Source of the DNA: Vitrella brassicaformis CCMP3155
Lineage: Eukaryota > Protista > Chromerida
Direction of reading: 5' to 3'
NCBI GenBank assembly: GCA_001179505.1
Contig: CDMY01000246.1
Location: forward strand, 86,265-150,264
Length of the DNA stretch: 64,000 bases
Shown: positions 36,643 through 47,922 of the stretch, in pieces
How the letters are laid out: each line of letters begins with the position of its first letter
Position numbering within the stretch: the first letter of the stretch is position 1
Program-made: the position numbers and the translations under genes
The notes under the pieces: generated by a model
Seen by the model: only the letters and a program-made list of their open reading frames with translations
Told to the model about the DNA's origin: nothing
Database searches by the model: none

Positions 36643-37402
36643 ATGTCGATGGGCCTGAGCTTCTCGTCAGGGGAGGCCACAGGCGCCCACCTCGAGCAGC
36701 CAGCCGTCGGCCGAGTGACAGACGACATCCTCCCCTCCCCGCCTAACCACCTGACCAAGAACCACTCGACCCGCCCCCCGCTGTCCAACCATCGCAAGCA
36801 CCAGCACCTGCCCACCACACACGCGACCACCAACAACAACCACCGGCTGCTGCACACGTCGTCACGGTCACGCTCGAGGGCCATCCAGAACCGCCCTCTA
36901 CCCCCGTCGCGGCCTCTGCGTGCTCTGTCTGGCGAGATGTGCAACGGCGTGGGCGGTTCGTCGTGCTCGTCGGTGGGCGACGGGGTGTGTGAGGATGAGG
37001 AGCCGATATATTTCCTGTGGGACCTGGACGAGACTTTGATAACCTTCCAGTGTTTGCTGGCGGAGCAGCCGACGCTGAGGGAAAAATACGGCATCGAGAC
37101 CAACGCGGGCGCCATTAGGGGCAAAATTAACGCGGTGAGGACCACTCAAGCAACATGTGCACGGCACGGCACACGGAAAGGCACTGAATGGCCCCTCTCC
37201 TCTCTCTCTGTCTGTCTGTCTGTCTGTGTGGTGTCAGTATACGTTGAGTGAGTGTATTTTGAGCATAGCGGAACGTTACATGGGTCTGAGTGAGATCGAG
37301 CGGCTCGACCTCGTCCCGACAACCTGCCTGGAGTTCAGGGTGCGTTTGCACGCAACACACAGCCGGCCAATCGACACACACACAGCATAACATGAAATCG
37401 CG

Positions 37403-37433
<31 letters not shown>

Positions 37434-39564
37434 CAGGCGTATGAGGAGGACGGTGGCACATCCGGTGGTGAGGAGCGGTTCAATCAGTTCATATCACCCC
37501 CGCCCTGCCCCAAACTCGCATCACTCACAGAGCAAAACAAAAAGTAAGCAGAAGCGGGCAGATGCACTACACGGGATGGGATGTACCACACATGGCACAT
37601 GTCCGTCCGTCTCTCCGTCCGTGTGTCTGTGTTGTGTGTCTGTGCCCATGAGCAGGCAGCTCGCGCGGCTCTTCAAGGAGATCCGTCGCGTCTACAGCGC
37701 CTACCCCAACGAGGTAAACCTGCCGGTCTTCCACCAGCTGCTGCCCGACAGGCAGCACTACCTCATGGAGAAACACCTCAAGCAGACCACCAGTGCCATC
37801 CCACCCATACCCCCCTCGCCCACACCCAACACCCCCACCAACACCGGCAACGGCAGTGGCAAGGGCAATCCTGCCGCCAGCAGCCCCACCACCCGCCCAA
37901 TCCAGCCGTCCATCCGGCTGCCCAACGGGCTCATTCCTGCGGTGTCTTCCTCCCGGCTGATGACCAAACTCGCGCCCAAGGTCGCGGCGGACGGCCCTGC
38001 AGTGCAGCACGAGAGCGAGGACGAGGAGATGGAGCCGGTGGATGCGTCTGTGGTCGATGGGGACGGCTGTGACGGCGACGGCTGTGACGGTGATGGGTGC
38101 TGCGAGGGGGATGGGTGCGAGGAGGGGGAGGCCAGCCGTGTGCCGAGGGAGCGGGGCCCCTCGCCGCCCCTCGACCTCGATGCAGCCACGGGGCGGTCGG
38201 TCAAGCGGCGGCCGTCCCTTCCCGACTCCCAGATCAAGAAGAGGCGCGTCGACGGCGACAAGATGATGGCCATCATGCCGGCCTCCCACGTCGTCGACCC
38301 CGATGACGGCTGGGAGGACCCTTTCGCCCACACCCTCTCCCATGATGGGTGGATCCACCAGGACGCTGAGTGTGTTGACGGTGACGATGACGTCGAGGAC
38401 GAGGGCGGCCCCAGCACCCCCGACGGCCCCGTCCCCCGCCTCAAGACAGACGTCTTCACCCCCCAGCACCGGCAGAAGGGCGCCGACTGCCCCCAGCGGC
38501 TGGCGACCGACTGCTCGATGGCTGACAACGGCACATCAGACGACAACCGGAGTTCCGAAGATGGGGCCGGTGATGCGATGGATGACGGCGGGATGAATCG
38601 GGTGCGGCTGCGTGCGGCCATGAGGGCGCTGGGTGTGGGTGGGAAGGTGGTGTTGGGGGAGGAGCAGGGTGCGACGGCGCTGCTGGCGTCGCCCAAGGGT
38701 GCCGATTTTCTTGAGAGGTGCACGACCAACGACCTCATGACGCTCATTCGCGCGGGGGACCTGACAGACGTCAAACTGCTCGTCGACTGGTGAGCAACGC
38801 CCCGCACACCCGTCAGATGTTGTCTCTCATGTGGTGTGGTGTTGTGCTGTGTCTGTCTCTCAGGATCAACACGGTGTCCCGCGGCTGGATGGACAACGCC
38901 CGTCGCGTGCTGACGACACTGACACGGCACTGCAAGGCCCCCGTGCGACACTACATCGTGTCGGCGGGCCAGCTGCTGCCCACGGTTGTGAAGCTGTGTC
39001 TGTTCGGCCTCAAGGACCACTTCCCGATCGAGCACGTCTACTCGTCGGCGGCCTACGGCAAGAAGGAGTGCTTCGAGCGCATCCTGGCCGACATCGTGCG
39101 CGAGCACAACCACCGGCGGCAGACCAAGGAGCGCCGGGGCGACAGCAGCGGGCGGTCGTGTGGCGGCGGCGGGGGCGCAAGTGTCGACTCCGCATCCTCC
39201 GGACACAGCGACGTGAGTGAAACACAAACAGACAGACACGTCGAGCAGAGAGCGCCATGATTGTCATCCCTTGTCCTGTGCCTGCCTGTGTGTGTTGGTG
39301 CGTCAGGTGTTGAATGTTCGTGTGTGCGCGATTGGTGACGGTATTGAGGAGAGGGAGGCCGCTCACACTCTTGGAATCGACTTCTATGCGGTAAGGCAGC
39401 ACGCCAGCTGCCCAACGACCGATCTGCAGACACCTCACACCTTCATGTGTGCTGTGTTGTGTTGTGTTGTGTGTCAGGTTGAGGGATGGCAGGACCTCTA
39501 CACCGTGCTGCGCGACTTCACCGGCCTCGAGCAAGCGGACCATGAACAAGACAGACCAGGGTAG
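36643..39564 (+). CDS. EYA: Eyes absent (EYA)-family HAD phosphatase with a long low-complexity insertion
   Basis: YFLWDLDETLITFQCLL (HAD DxDxT), ILSIAERYMGLSEIE, RLFKEIRRVY, IVSAGQLLPTVVKLCLFGLKDHFPIEHVYSSAAYGKKECFERI and AIGDGIEEREAA match the EYA domain motifs. Confidence 0.88.
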
Positions 39565-41559
39565 ACAGACGAGCCTCGCCCGCCCCCTGGCCCCTCCCTC
39601 TGCCCCTTCTCGTAGATCGGTGTTCCGTGATCATTATTATCATTATCATTGTTATAACCTCTTTGCTCGATCGTCGACCCTTCCATCCATCCATCCATCC
39701 AGTCTTTAGGCACTAGAACGTCCACACTACTACTTGCGTATTCGAGTGTCACAGATCAACTGTCTGTCCGGCTGTCAGTTCTGCATGAGAAGTGAAATAT
39801 CATGTGTGTGGGAGGGGGGGGGAGGGGGCCCTGGGGGCTAAGAGAGGTACTTACAGAGGGATGGGTGGCTTGGGTAAAGGTGAAGGCGTACATGCGAGCG
39901 TGTCCTGTGCTCTGACGGATGCAATGGACGGGCATGCTGCTGCTCTCTGTGTCTGTGTGCCTGTGGGTGTGTTGGCGGGCCGGTGGGTGGGGTGCTCCTT
40001 GATTGGTTTGTTGTTGCTTCGATGGAATGGATGATACGCACATCCGCCCTGCTTGCCCACCGACCGACCCATCTATCCATGCACTCATCCATCGCACACA
40101 CGAAGGGACTCATTTGTTTGTCTACTAATCATCGCGTCGCGTGCACTGAGTGTGGTTTTCTTACAGGGAAGCGGGAGGGAGAGGGAGGGGGAGGGGTACA
40201 TGTGTTGTTGAAAGAATGGCGGGATGGCTGTCATTGCCTGAACAGCTCACCTCACCCACCCAGCCACCCACCGTCGAATGTATGTGTCGATTTTGGCACG
40301 GCCCGGCCCGTCCCGTCTCACCGCACTACGCTACACCACACCACACACACACGGGGTAGGGAGGGAGAAAGAAATACAGGCGTGTTTTCCTAGGGTGGGT
40401 GGGGGTGCTGATAAGGTACACTACTGACTGATAAGGTCAGGTACGTCACGTCACAACTACAGAAGTGGCTGTTTCCGTCGGTCTGTCTACTCATCACGTG
40501 TCACGCGTCAATCGACTGACTGAAGTACTTGGTTTGCACTAGTCGACTTGGGGGTACTTACGCAAAAACCGCGTGTGTGAACGAACGAGTGTGTGGTGCA
40601 GGTACAGGGCAGACAGACAGACAGGCAGGGACCAGGGCGTCCATCCATCCATCCATCCATCCATCCACTCATTCACTCAAGTGCGTGTGTAAAATAAAAG
40701 TTGGTGGTGGAAACGGTGGGTGTTTGTCCGTGGGGGCGGGGCGGGGGGAGTGGCAGCACTGCGGGCCACACACTGATTTTTGGTTCTTTGCAAAGCAAGT
40801 ACTGTTTTGAACTGCCGTGCCGGTGGTGTGGTGTCCACCTTGGCCTTCGCATAGGTGCCCTGCTCTGTTTTTGCCTGCAGAGCGGCGGTGACGATGTGCT
40901 GGCCGAGTAAGGACTCCGCTCCAACTCCCCTCCACACCCACACACGCCATTGACTACATGTCCGTTGCAAGGGAGAATGTGACAGTGACACCACACCACA
41001 CACACGGCACACCACACCGACCGCACCACCGCATGCACTCGACTGACTCACCTCACCGCACACCTCGGACTTGTTTGTTCTGTGGCTGACGAACGGGGGA
41101 TAAGCTGGGCGGCTGGCGTGCGGCTAAGTTACCCTGTTGTCTTGCTACGCGCTGTGCTGTGTTGGGTGTTCCATCTAGTGCACTCCCTGCACTGTGGTCC
41201 ATCTAAAGGGGCGGGCGTTGATGCTGGGTTTAGGTGGTCGTGTGGGTGGGAGGCCGCGCGTGGCGGTGCTGCATGGCATATGCGGGGGTGTGTGGACCAG
41301 TTTTGCACCTTCCATGGTACTATCGCTCAAACATCGTTAGTGCGTTCGGGAAGAAGTCGCAAAACGAGTGCAGATTCCAGCTTGCAGTTGAGCCGCAGCC
41401 CCGTGGGCGTGGCCACATGGAGGAAGGAGCACTAACCCACCGACGTGTAACCCAGTCCGGAGCCAGGTAGAAGGATTGTCGACTCATTCCGATGCAGAGG
41501 CGATTGCTGCCGCCTTTGCTGGTTGCCCTTTGGCTGGCTTTACACCGCCAGCACGCCTG

Positions 41560-44500
41560 ATGGACGTCAATCAGGTGAGTGCATGACGCGGGAGGGCTCC
41601 GGAAGGCTCCCAAGGCAGGGCACAGGGCGACACACGAGCACAGCAGAGAGAATGCAGGCAGAGAAAGCCGCCTTCGCCATGCTTTTGACCACTCTGCTCA
41701 TGTGTTTTGTGATGGTCGCAGGCCTCTCTGCTGCCGTTCGTTGCGGATTGTGCTTAGCTGCATAAGAGCGGCGCCATGAACGTAGCTCAGGTGAGTGGCG
41801 GCCTGACGGGCAGGAGAGGCCTGCATCTCCCATTGAATGACGTGTGTTTCATTCTCTGTGCTGTGTGTGTGGTGTTCAGTTGAAGCGGCAGGCGGCGGGT
41901 GTAAAGGAGAGCCTCGAGAAGCTGCTGCAGCTCCACTCACAGGTCAGGTGTGATGTGATGTGATGTGATTGCACCTGACCGGCCCGACGTCACACATTCG
42001 TGCCTTTCTTCGTCGCTGGTGTGCATCAGGTTGGTGCTCATCTATCGCAGATCAAGCAGCTGGACCCTGCCACTCACCCTCTTGAGGTACACACCCACAC
42101 CCTGGACCAGGCAGCAGGTCGAGGCACTTCACTAGATGGTGTGTGCTGCTCCCTCTGCTGCCTGCTTGTCGTAGGCGTCGTCACCTGAGTCGCTGCAGAT
42201 GCTCGTGCAGCTGTCCCTCGCCGCCGCCCATGTCAACAGTGCCGTCACTCAGCTGTCGTGTGCTGAGTCGGGTCTCTCGGGAGCCGTTGATGCGCTGACG
42301 GCCACAGCCATTCCACCACAAGCCAGTAGCTCGGCAGCTGAAGGGACCGATCAACAGCCACAGGTACAGATCATGCAACGCACAGAGTCAGTAGAGAGGA
42401 TTGTGTCCATGCCCCCCCATGTGTTGGTCGCAGACTCGGCGCCCATCGTATCGTTTGATCCATCGAAGCGGCAACCCTCCCCCGGTCCACAACCAAAGAC
42501 CTGTAAGGGCCACGCACAGCAATGAGTGCGATGTAATCAGCCCATGGCGTGTTGTTGTCCTGTTGATTGTCACTTCAGGCCCGTCGTCGGCTGTCGCGTG
42601 ATGAGTTGGCCAATGTGTTTGGCCACCTGCAGCCCTGGGAGCTGACGCGCTACCGCCGGCGTCTCGGCACGCCCCTCTTCCATCAGTCGGCCGCCAACTA
42701 CACCCACCTGGTCATCGACTGTGAGGACGACACGGCGCGGCGCATGTGGGAGACCATGCCGCTGGCCGTGGCGCACAGATGGGGCAAGAGCGCGACCAAC
42801 GTGCGAGAGATCAAGCACCGCCACCCCAAGTGGCATGACGAATGGTATTGCGGCACCTGGGTGGCCCTCGTGGAAGGTCATGCCATCGGGCGGGAGGCCA
42901 TAGCAGAGAAGAAGAGACGGGAGAGGAAAAGAGGGGATGGCACAGCTGACGCTGTGGCGATGCGAGATGGTGACGACCCCAGATCGGCTGACGATGGCAC
43001 ATTGGAGGTGCTGTCATTCGAGCAGGTCAAGCTCGACAACAGCATTGACATCTCCTACCCTCCCCCCTCATCTGATCTGCCGCCCATCCCCACCGCCCCC
43101 GTCCACCTGCCCGCACTCAAGACGGTCCGCAACATAGCCAACGAGTGCCTGCTGGCGCGTGTGGGCCGCCAGTGGCGCACACCTGCCGTGAAGACGCTGA
43201 TCATCAGGGACAGTTGGGCGGCTAGTGGTCTAAGGGCATGGGTGGCCAACTGTGAGGCCGTTGAAGTGCTGGACCCCGCCATTTTGGACGCCAGCGATGC
43301 GGTGTATGTGCCGAGTGCGCTGCCCGCTGACGGGAAGTCGTTGGCGGCGCTTCGCACACTGCGCGGCGTCGAGATGAATGGCAGCAGCCCCGCCGGCTTC
43401 GACAGGCTGCGTGAGGTGCTGGTGGCGAGGGGCGTCAGCCGGTCCATCCGCGAGCTCGAGATCGGCATGGGGTGGATGCCGAGCACTGACGAGACTGTGG
43501 AGCGGTGCCAGAGCGTCGCACGGCTCATGTAAGGACACAACAGAGAGAGAGAGAGAGAGGGAGAGAGGGACAGAGAGAGAGGGGGGGGGCTGCAGAGAGA
43601 CAGTGCAATTCATTCCTGTGCTTTGCCTTTGATCAGTGACGCCATTGCTCATCCCGAGGCAGTGCAGAAGGGCGTCTTCGCACTCAGCAACGACGGCACG
43701 TGTGGACAGATCGACCCAGAGCTCCTCTCGCGCAGCAGCACCGGCCCCGCCGCCGCCCAGAAGCTCATTCGCGACTTCGCCAAGAGAGCCGGCACGGCGA
43801 CCTACAGCGGAGAGGACGAGGCCCATCCTGCAGCCATCACTGACGACACATTCCCCGCCGCCCACACACTACGGCTGCTGGGTGATGCCCTCGACGATGA
43901 GGCCAAGATGGAGCGGGCGGTCGAGATCGCCTCGCACATGCCCAGCCTGTCGTGCGTCAAGATAGGAGACCACCAGGAGCTGGATGCACCTGCTACTGAG
44001 GTGTGGCGTTTCCTCGAGCGGCTGCAGGCGGCGCTGGTCAGTAGGGGCAAGGAGAGGAGCCTTTCGGTGGAGATGTATCTGTCACCGAGTGCATTTGTGG
44101 AGCCCGTGCACACTGAACGGAGTCCCTGTCTGTGGGGGCGGGGCAGCAACGACAACTTGCCGCCGGTGGAGGAAGTGACGATCACCGTGCTCGGTGAGGG
44201 GGTGGGGGCGCAGGGGACAACCAGTAGCCATGGCATCTGTGTGTGTTCATTCACTGTAGGCGGTGTACAGGATGACCACTATGAAACCTTTTACAGTAAC
44301 GTGATGGCCACGATCACGTCCTTCACGGACGAGCTCAAGGTAGCGCAACACCATACAGCACACAGACACAGCTGTCCAAGGATGTGTGGCTACGCCATTC
44401 GCCCTCTTGGGTGAACGATAGGGTCACAAGAAGACCTGTGTGGAGTTGCTCAATTGTCACCTGCGCACCGACTTCCAGCGGCGCTTCATGGCGCAGCAGG

Positions 44501-44589
44501 CCGGCCTCAGCCTCCTCAGCGGCGGGCCCTATAAGCTCAGCCTCGATGTCTGCGGGCTGTGTGTCGAGCGCCGCAATGCCGCCACATAG
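41560..44589 (+). CDS. F-box-like/LRR-like family copy 4 (apparently intact)
   Basis: MDVNQ|GTGAG first exon, LKRQAAGVKESLEKLLQLHSQ, VGAHLSQIKQL, large exon 42579-43528 (ARRRLSRDELANVFGHLQPWEL...), DAIAHPEA..., final exon GHKKTCVE...VERRNAAT*. No disruption seen. Confidence 0.8.
43540..43582. repeat. (AG)n microsatellite, representative of abundant intronic AC/GT, AG, ATCC/GGAT and AGAC simple repeats
   Basis: Directly visible tandem repeats in most introns and intergenic regions of the window. Confidence 0.9.
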
Positions 44590-45769
44590 GTCGACACACA
44601 TCACACACACCACAACCCACGACGTGCCTTGAGTGTCTGTCTGTCTGGCTGTGTGTGTCGCCTATCAGATGGTCACTCGGCGGCCCATGAAGGTTGCTGA
44701 GACAGCCGTAGATGGATGCTGCTGTGAGACAACGCCTTGACGGTTTGCAGTGTAAAGCGGTGGGGTGGGGTGGAGGACAGCTAGATGAATGAGTGACTGG
44801 TTAGCGGGAACGGAGGGCTTCCCTTGCAGCCACCACGGCCCACAGTGGTTGGCTGTGCGGTGCGTTGCTGTGTGGTTGCTGAGAGCTTCATGCGTGTGCA
44901 TGTCGATGGTCCATACATACATACCTGACTGAGTTGCTGTGAATTAATGCCTGCGTCCTCCAGATCACACACATGGATGTCTTCACTGGGCACCAATCAG
45001 CCAGCCGGTGGGTCGGTCAGTCAGTCAGTCAGTCACACATGGACACACCAAAGCAATTCGCTTTCTTGGGAAACGGACTTTTTCTCAGCGTGAAACGGAC
45101 TTCGGTGTGGGCTGGATGAATGTCATCAGATGCCTCAGATGACTCAGCGGACCCTCCTGTGAGACACCAATGGGCCTTTGCTGCCTCGCGTGAGAGCGTG
45201 ACTCAACCTCGGCAAGCAAACTCGCCTTTTCGGTCGCAAATCGCCATCGAGAATGGTTCATCTTCTGACTATCAAATGCCTTTATTTCTCCATGGAGTCA
45301 CTCTTTCATCGTTCCGCTCTTTCACAGAGGGGTGCTTCATGTGTCTTGCGGGCATTTTGAGCCATGAAACGGTCGGTTTGGATGGCTGATGAGTGAGTGA
45401 TTGGTTTATGCGGTTCATTTTGCTTGTGAATAGAGTGATCGGGATGGGCTGATTGCTTGACGGAAATGATTGCTTTATGTGGTGATTGCTTTGTCACATG
45501 AATGAGACACGCGATAAGCAACCGAGACACGATGAGAATGAGCGATGGTGGTGTGCTGTGCTTCTCTCTTATGCCGCTCTGTACTCCTCGATCACTCACT
45601 CATACATAAACATGCGTATACAGGTGACTGCTTCACTCACTAAGGGAGGGTCGACCCACCTGCTTGACGGCCCGTCAAGCAGGTGGGTCGACCCTCCCTG
45701 TACACATTACTCAGTCAGAATAAAAGAGTCAAGCCGTTTACAGGGAGTAATCACCCAGCCCGCGGGGCA

Positions 45770-47797
45770 TCATCCCAGCAGCTTCAGGGTGTGGGCGGCG
45801 GGGAATGTGTCGTCGGTGATGGCTGCAGGATGGGCCTCGTCACCTCCGCTGTACACCACGGTGCCGGCTCTCTTGGCGTGCTCGCTGATGAGCTTCCCGG
45901 CGGCGGGGCTGCCGCTGCTGCTGCGCGAGAGGAGCTCCGCGTCAATCCGTCCACACGTGCCGTCGTCGTTGAGCTTGAACACGCCCTCCTCCACTGCTTC
46001 GGGATGCGCAATGGCGTCACTGATCGAAGGCAAAGCACAGGAATGAACGGCACCGTCTCTCTTGAGCCCCTCTCTCTCTCTCTGTGTGCGTGTGTGCGTC
46101 TGTGTGTCCTTGCATGAGCCGTGCAACGTTCTGCGAGCACTCCACAGTCTCGTCAGTGCTCGGCATCCACCCCATGCCGATCTCGAGCTCGCGGATGGAC
46201 CGGCTGACGCCCCTCGCCACCAGCACCTCACGCAGCCTGTCGATGTCGGCGGGTCTGCCCCAATACATCCGGACGCCGCGCAGTGTGCGAAGGGACTTCA
46301 GCGTTTTCCCGTCGGCGGGCAGCACACTCAGCACGCCGGCCGTCTCGTCAGCGAGGTTGAGCACCCCAATGGAATCACAGTCACCCAGCCATGCCCTCGC
46401 ACCCTGGACCTCTGACGCACCAAAATTGTGGGGGATGAGCGTCTTGACGGCGGGTGTCCGCCACTGGCGGCCCACGCGAGCAGCCAGGCACTCTCTGCGT
46501 ATTTTGTCGACCGTCTTGAGTGCGGGCAGGTGGACGGGGGCGGCGGGGGCGGGCGGCAGAGCAGATGAGGGGGGAGGGTCGGAGATGCGGATGGTCCGGT
46601 CGAGCACAACCCGCTCGAATGACAGCACCTCCAATGTGCCCTCGTCAGCCGACCGACCGCCGTCATCATCTCGCCCAGCCGCGGCAGCAGCCGCCCCCTC
46701 CCCGCCCTCCCTCTCCCGTCGCTTCTTGTCTGCGATGGCCCCCCTGCCGATGGCGTGACCCTCTACTAAGGCCACCCAGGTCCCGCGACACCATCCGTCT
46801 CGCATCGCCGGCCAGCGGTGTTTGATCTCTCGCACGTTGGTCGCCCTCTTGCCCCATCTGAGTGCCACGGCCAGCGGCATGGCCGCCCACATGCGCCGCG
46901 CCGTGCCGTCCTCACAGTCGATGACCAGGTTGGTGTAGTTGGCTGCCGACTGATGGAAGAGGGGCGTGCCGAGGGGCCGGCGGTAGCGCGTCAGCTCCAA
47001 GGGCTGCAGGTGGCCGAACACGTTGGCCAACTCATCACGGGACAGCCGACGACGGGCCTGATGTGTCAATCAACAGGACATCAAAGTAAGGTCAAGATGG
47101 TTTCGATGTATCAGATCTGTCAGGTGTCGGTCTGACCTGTCCTTGGTTGTTCACAGGTGGAGGGTTGCCACTTCGATGGATCAAACGATAGGACGGACCA
47201 CTGGCCACAGATGCCTGCCGAAAAGAGAGCAAGAACAACACAGACATAGAGAGTGTCGTGCTGCGGCCATCTGCTGTGCGCACCTCGGCATCATCCTGAG
47301 TGGCGGGATTGGGTGCGGCCGCCAGGATCGGCTTGAGTGCATCCACCACCCGCGACACGTCCTCATGTGTGCGGGTGAGCTGCGACTGTGCTGTGGCGAT
47401 GTGGGAGCTGACGAGGGCACGCTGCACATGAAGCTCAAATGAGCCGGCCGACGGTGCCTGCGAATAAATCGACAGCAGCAATGTGCGAGAGCGATGCAGC
47501 AGTGTGTGTGACGTACCTGTCCAGAGAGGCCGGGAGGCTGCGCTTGCTCAAAGTGAGACCGCACCGCGCCAAGCTGCACGACAAAGACACATTCACAGAG
47601 TCGATGACTCTTTTCGTGCAGGCAGGCAGGGCAGGCACACCGCTGTGTTGAGCTCTTGAAGGTGCCGCAGGCCCTCCTCGACTGCCCGCGTACCCTCCCT
47701 GACCTGCACAGTCACACACGAGAATGGACGACAATCATGAGATCTGATGAAACGAATCTGTCCGTAGCCGTTGCTTGCCCACCTGATGCACATCCAT
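45770..47797 (-). pseudogene. F-box-like/LRR-like family copy 5, 3'-truncated
   Basis: MDVHQ|GTGGG first exon at 47797; large exon ~46114-47060; GC instead of GT donor at 46113-46112. The next exon breaks at HTLKLLG* (45770), family similarity ends there, and the last exons are absent. Confidence 0.75.
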
Positions 47798-47922
47798 GAT
47801 GCTGACAGGCTTTTTGAACGAGGAAACGACGATTTTTTTCGTCGGGGAGCTCGCCAGATCGGGCATCGCGGAAAACGGGCAGAGTTTGACAGACCAACGA
47901 AGCCGGAGTCCTCCTTTACACA

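Noticed and set aside
40677-41063. Possible small gene between EYA and copy 4 (minus ORF GQHIVTAALQAK..., or plus terminal exon SGGDDVLAE*)
   Set aside because: No recognisable motif and no consistent exon chain could be built.
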